DNA of 64,000 nt from Candidatus Veblenbacteria bacterium (GTDB lineage: Bacteria; Patescibacteriota; Patescibacteriia; Veblenbacterales; UBA10138): contig JAUYKG010000016.1 in NCBI GenBank assembly GCA_030700105.1, positions 2,863-66,862 of the forward strand, read 5' to 3'. The position numbers and the translations under genes were made by a program. Below the pieces are notes generated by a model. The model was not told the DNA's origin. It made no database searches and saw only the letters and a list, made by a program, of their open reading frames with translations. Shown one piece after another: positions 61,468 to 64,000 of the stretch. How positions within the stretch are numbered: the stretch's first letter is position 1; each line of letters begins with the position of its first letter.

Positions 61468-62283
61468 TACCGTCGTTTGGCACCTTTACTCCAATAGGTC
61501 GGTGGTCTAGAAAACCATCACTAAGTGGCAGTCTAAAAAACTGTCAAATAGGTTAGATGAGCTGGTTCAGCTGATCGTAACGCCCAATTGGGTACTTGGC
61601 GCCGACGACATACGGCAAAAAGCAAAAATGCTATATGAGCCGTGTTTGATAAGGAGGGGGTGAACACCTTCCCAGACTTAAGTGATCCGTTAGGATCGCA
61701 ATTAAAAAACCGTCATTCGCACCTTCCCAGGAGCAACTCAATAGAAGATTAAGAGTCTCTAAGCGCCCGCGCAGAGACTAGTTCTCTCCATGAGTTAGGC
61801 GTCGCGAATACGCCACGCATTGGCTTTAGCGAAAGCTTTCAACCAAAGCAACTCCATGGTAATCTTTACCAACACCACATAAGATGGTTTGTCCAGAGGC
61901 CCCGAGGGGTCTTAATCTACCTAAGGTGGATACAAGTACAGCGTGTTGCGATGCGCTGACACAGGTTTGGACAGTGGTCCATTTTGATGATTTTCCACCG
62001 TTGGTGGGTTCTCTTCGCGAGATCATCATCTGAAATGGATGTAAAGAAAGGTTTTCCCAGCCTGAAAAACTGGGATAAAAATTCGTTTGACAGCAGGTCA
62101 GTCCACTCCCTACTTCAGGGGGAAACAAATAACGTGTCAATAAAATGGCACAGTAAGGTTACTCCGAGTTTGGAGAAAGGATTGTATCCTGCTTCAAGCG
62201 GATTAAAAGAAATATTTAAAGAACGCTTCGTGTTGTTGAAGTGGTACGTAAGGCTCCCATTAATGGTGAGCCTTGTTTTTTTT
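61468..62283 (+). ncRNA. Candidate large structured ncRNA (~810 nt), family not recognised
   Basis: Own promoter and terminator; about 20 stems with nested long-range pairing; wobble pairs read as G-U on the + strand; no credible CDS. Confidence 0.7.
62250..62283 (+). terminator. Intrinsic terminator ending the candidate ncRNA
   Basis: AAGGCTC(CCAT/ATGG)GAGCCTT plus T8. Confidence 0.8.
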
Positions 62284-62334
62284 ATCCCGTTTTCGCGCTA
62301 TACTGATTAGTGCTGAATATTAGCCTTTAGTTCT

Positions 62335-63360
62335 ATGAAACCAACCAAGACAACCCAACCTGTGCGCGTAGCTATTAACGGTTTTGGCCGCATTGGCCGT
62401 GCCGCTTTCAAGGTGGCGCTCACTAAGCCCAACGTGAAGGTGGTGGCAATCAATGACGTCATTACTCCTGAGGTGGCGGCTTACCTGTTAAAGTATGATA
62501 CGGTTTTTGGTCAGTATGCGGCCCAGGTGTCCTCTGACGCCAAGAATCTCATTGTGGACGGAGTTAAGTACCCTATACTGAATGAGCGTGAGCCAGCTAA
62601 GTTGCCCTGGAAAAAGCTCAACGTTGATGTAGCGCTTGAGTGCACGGGCCGTTTCGTAAAAAAGCAGGACGTAGTCATGCACATCAAGGCTGGGGCTAAG
62701 AAGGTTATCCTGTCCGCGCCAGTCAAGGGTGGGGGAGTGCCAACGTATATTTTGGGGGTGAACGCGGGTGACAAGCAGAAGATGGAGGGGAGCATTTTTT
62801 CCAACGCTTCGTGTACCACGAACTGCATTAGTCCTATCGCGGCCGTTATTCAATCTGCCTTTGGTGTTGAAAAAGCCATGATGACTACGGTGCACAGCTA
62901 TACGGCCGACCAGAATCTGGTGGATGGTCCGCACAAGGATTTGCGCCGTGCCCGCGCCGCGGCCCAAAACATAGTGCCCACCACTACTGGTGCGGCCATT
63001 GCCACTGCCGAAACTATTCCCGAGCTTAAGGGTATATTCGACGGCATGGCCATTCGTGTGCCTACGGCCTGCGTTTCGCTGTCCGATTTTACCTTTGTGC
63101 TTAAGCGCAAAAAGGTTACCAAAGCCCAGGTGAATTCCACCTTACGGCGGGCCGCCGGGAGCAAGCGATACAAGGGTATTCTGCAAGTTACGAACAAGCC
63201 GCTCGTTTCCTCGGACTTTATTGGCAATCCTGCTTCTGCCATTGCCGACCTTTCGCTTACGCAGGTAGTAGGCGGGAATATGGTGAAGGTGGTAGCCTGG
63301 TACGATAATGAGTGGGGTTATGCCAACCGTTTGGTGGAAATGACGGAATTGGTTGCTTAG
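62335..63360 (+). CDS. gap: Glyceraldehyde-3-phosphate dehydrogenase, type I
   Basis: INGFGRIGR, SNASCTTNC, WYDNEWGY. Confidence 0.98.
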   Translation: MKPTKTTQPVRVAINGFGRIGRAAFKVALTKPNVKVVAINDVITPEVAAYLLKYDTVFGQYAAQVSSDAKNLIVDGVKYPILNEREPAKLPWKKLNVDVALECTGRFVKKQDVVMHIKAGAKKVILSAPVKGGGVPTYILGVNAGDKQKMEGSIFSNASCTTNCISPIAAVIQSAFGVEKAMMTTVHSYTADQNLVDGPHKDLRRARAAAQNIVPTTTGAAIATAETIPELKGIFDGMAIRVPTACVSLSDFTFVLKRKKVTKAQVNSTLRRAAGSKRYKGILQVTNKPLVSSDFIGNPASAIADLSLTQVVGGNMVKVVAWYDNEWGYANRLVEMTELVA

Positions 63361-63377
63361 AATTTTACCCAGTAATC

Positions 63378-63409
63378 ATACGAGCCCTCTTGAGTTGGGC
63401 TCGTATTTT
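63378..63409 (+). terminator. Hairpin between gap and pgk
   Basis: ATACGAGCCC/GGGCTCGTAT plus TTT. Confidence 0.65.
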
Positions 63410-63437
63410 GTTCTGCCTTATCGTATACTAAACCCAT

Positions 63438-64000
63438 ATGTCCATGAGGCTCATACGGGAGGCAAAAAAATTAGCAGGTAAGTTCGTGTTGGTGCGCGTG
63501 GACGCTAACGTGCCTATGCAAGGAAAGCGGGTGGTGGACGATACCAGGCTGCGGGAGATTATCCCTACGCTGCGGTTCCTGCAGCGTCAGGGTGCTCGAG
63601 TTATCTTAATATCGCATCTCGGGCGGCCAGGCGGAAAAGCCGTTCCGGTTTTGTCCTTAAAGCCCGTAGGCTGGCATTTGGGCAAGCTTTTGCGGCAACC
63701 AGTGAAGGTACTGCCGCTGTCTATGAAGCCAGAGGCTATTCGTAAGGAGGCGACAACGGGACTCGTTTTACTGGAGAACATACGTTTTGATAAAGGTGAA
63801 GATGCGAACAGCCTTGCCTTGGCGCGCATTTTGGCGCGTTTGGGGCAGGTGTATGTTAATGAGGCGTTTTCTTTCTCGCACCGAGGTACTGCTTCTATGG
63901 TTGGTTTGCCGCGCAAGTTGCCAGCTTACGCCGGGTTTCAGCTTGTGCATGAAGTCGCCGCGCTGGAACGTGTAAGTAAAATTGGCAAAAAACCGGTGGT
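63438..64000 (+). CDS. pgk: Phosphoglycerate kinase (3'-partial, not in the ORF track)
   Basis: Manual translation: VLVRVDANVP…DDTRL…SHLGRP…LLENIRF…VYVNEAFSFSHR. Confidence 0.95.
   Translation, partial: MSMRLIREAKKLAGKFVLVRVDANVPMQGKRVVDDTRLREIIPTLRFLQRQGARVILISHLGRPGGKAVPVLSLKPVGWHLGKLLRQPVKVLPLSMKPEAIRKEATTGLVLLENIRFDKGEDANSLALARILARLGQVYVNEAFSFSHRGTASMVGLPRKLPAYAGFQLVHEVAALERVSKIGKKPV

Noticed and set aside
61636..61650. Group II intron domain V (GAGCCGTG)
   Set aside because: The rest of the DV hairpin (GNRA loop, ACGGTTC) and DVI are absent.
61770..62107. Group I intron core (CGCAGAGACTA R-like; CAGTCCAC S-like)
   Set aside because: No P/Q elements or interrupted host gene were found, and AGAGACT has a perfect local partner (AGTCTCT). 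Still worth a covariance-model test.
61468..62283. RNase P RNA, tmRNA or SRP RNA
   Set aside because: No GAGGAAAGUCC, tRNA-like ends or SRP helix-8 motif seen on either strand, and the length is too great.
61826..62310. ORFs 61826..62140(-) and 61984..62310(+)
   Set aside because: No recognisable motifs or SD, they overlap each other, and the second runs through the terminator; RNA structure explains the region better.

Overview
Chromosomal segment of a Patescibacteria (CPR, Parcubacteria-like) bacterium, standard genetic code; the lineage is inferred from gene content and protein style. 1-15.2 kb is a cell-surface locus: a giant DUF2341/LamG adhesin with a WxL-like C-terminus, a four-helix-bundle (IVP/Avd-like) gene, two DUF916-like proteins, a WxL-like subunit, and dockerin and cohesin proteins. 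Then come a full F1Fo ATP synthase operon, a UvrD-nuclease fusion, dciA, pheST, gyrB, secE-nusG-rplK-rplA, a dTTP-synthesis cluster, gatB, miaA, thrS with a T-box, dnaE, rodA, rplY, prmC-prfA-rpmE, rpsB-tsf-pyrH, gap and a partial pgk. No tRNA, rRNA, CRISPR array, transposase or reverse transcriptase was seen. Three unexplained signals stand out. (1) An ~810-nt, densely base-paired non-coding unit between pyrH and gap has its own promoter and terminator (candidate large ornate ncRNA). (2) A family of inverted 7-nt-period repeat arrays forms long hairpins at start codons, and one copy loops out the four-helix-bundle gene (candidate RNA-level control or IVS-like system). (3) Dispersed AT-rich single-gene cassettes share an AAACAAA plus Shine-Dalgarno leader and a 3' hairpin. 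All domain calls come from motif recognition by eye, with no database search or folding program.
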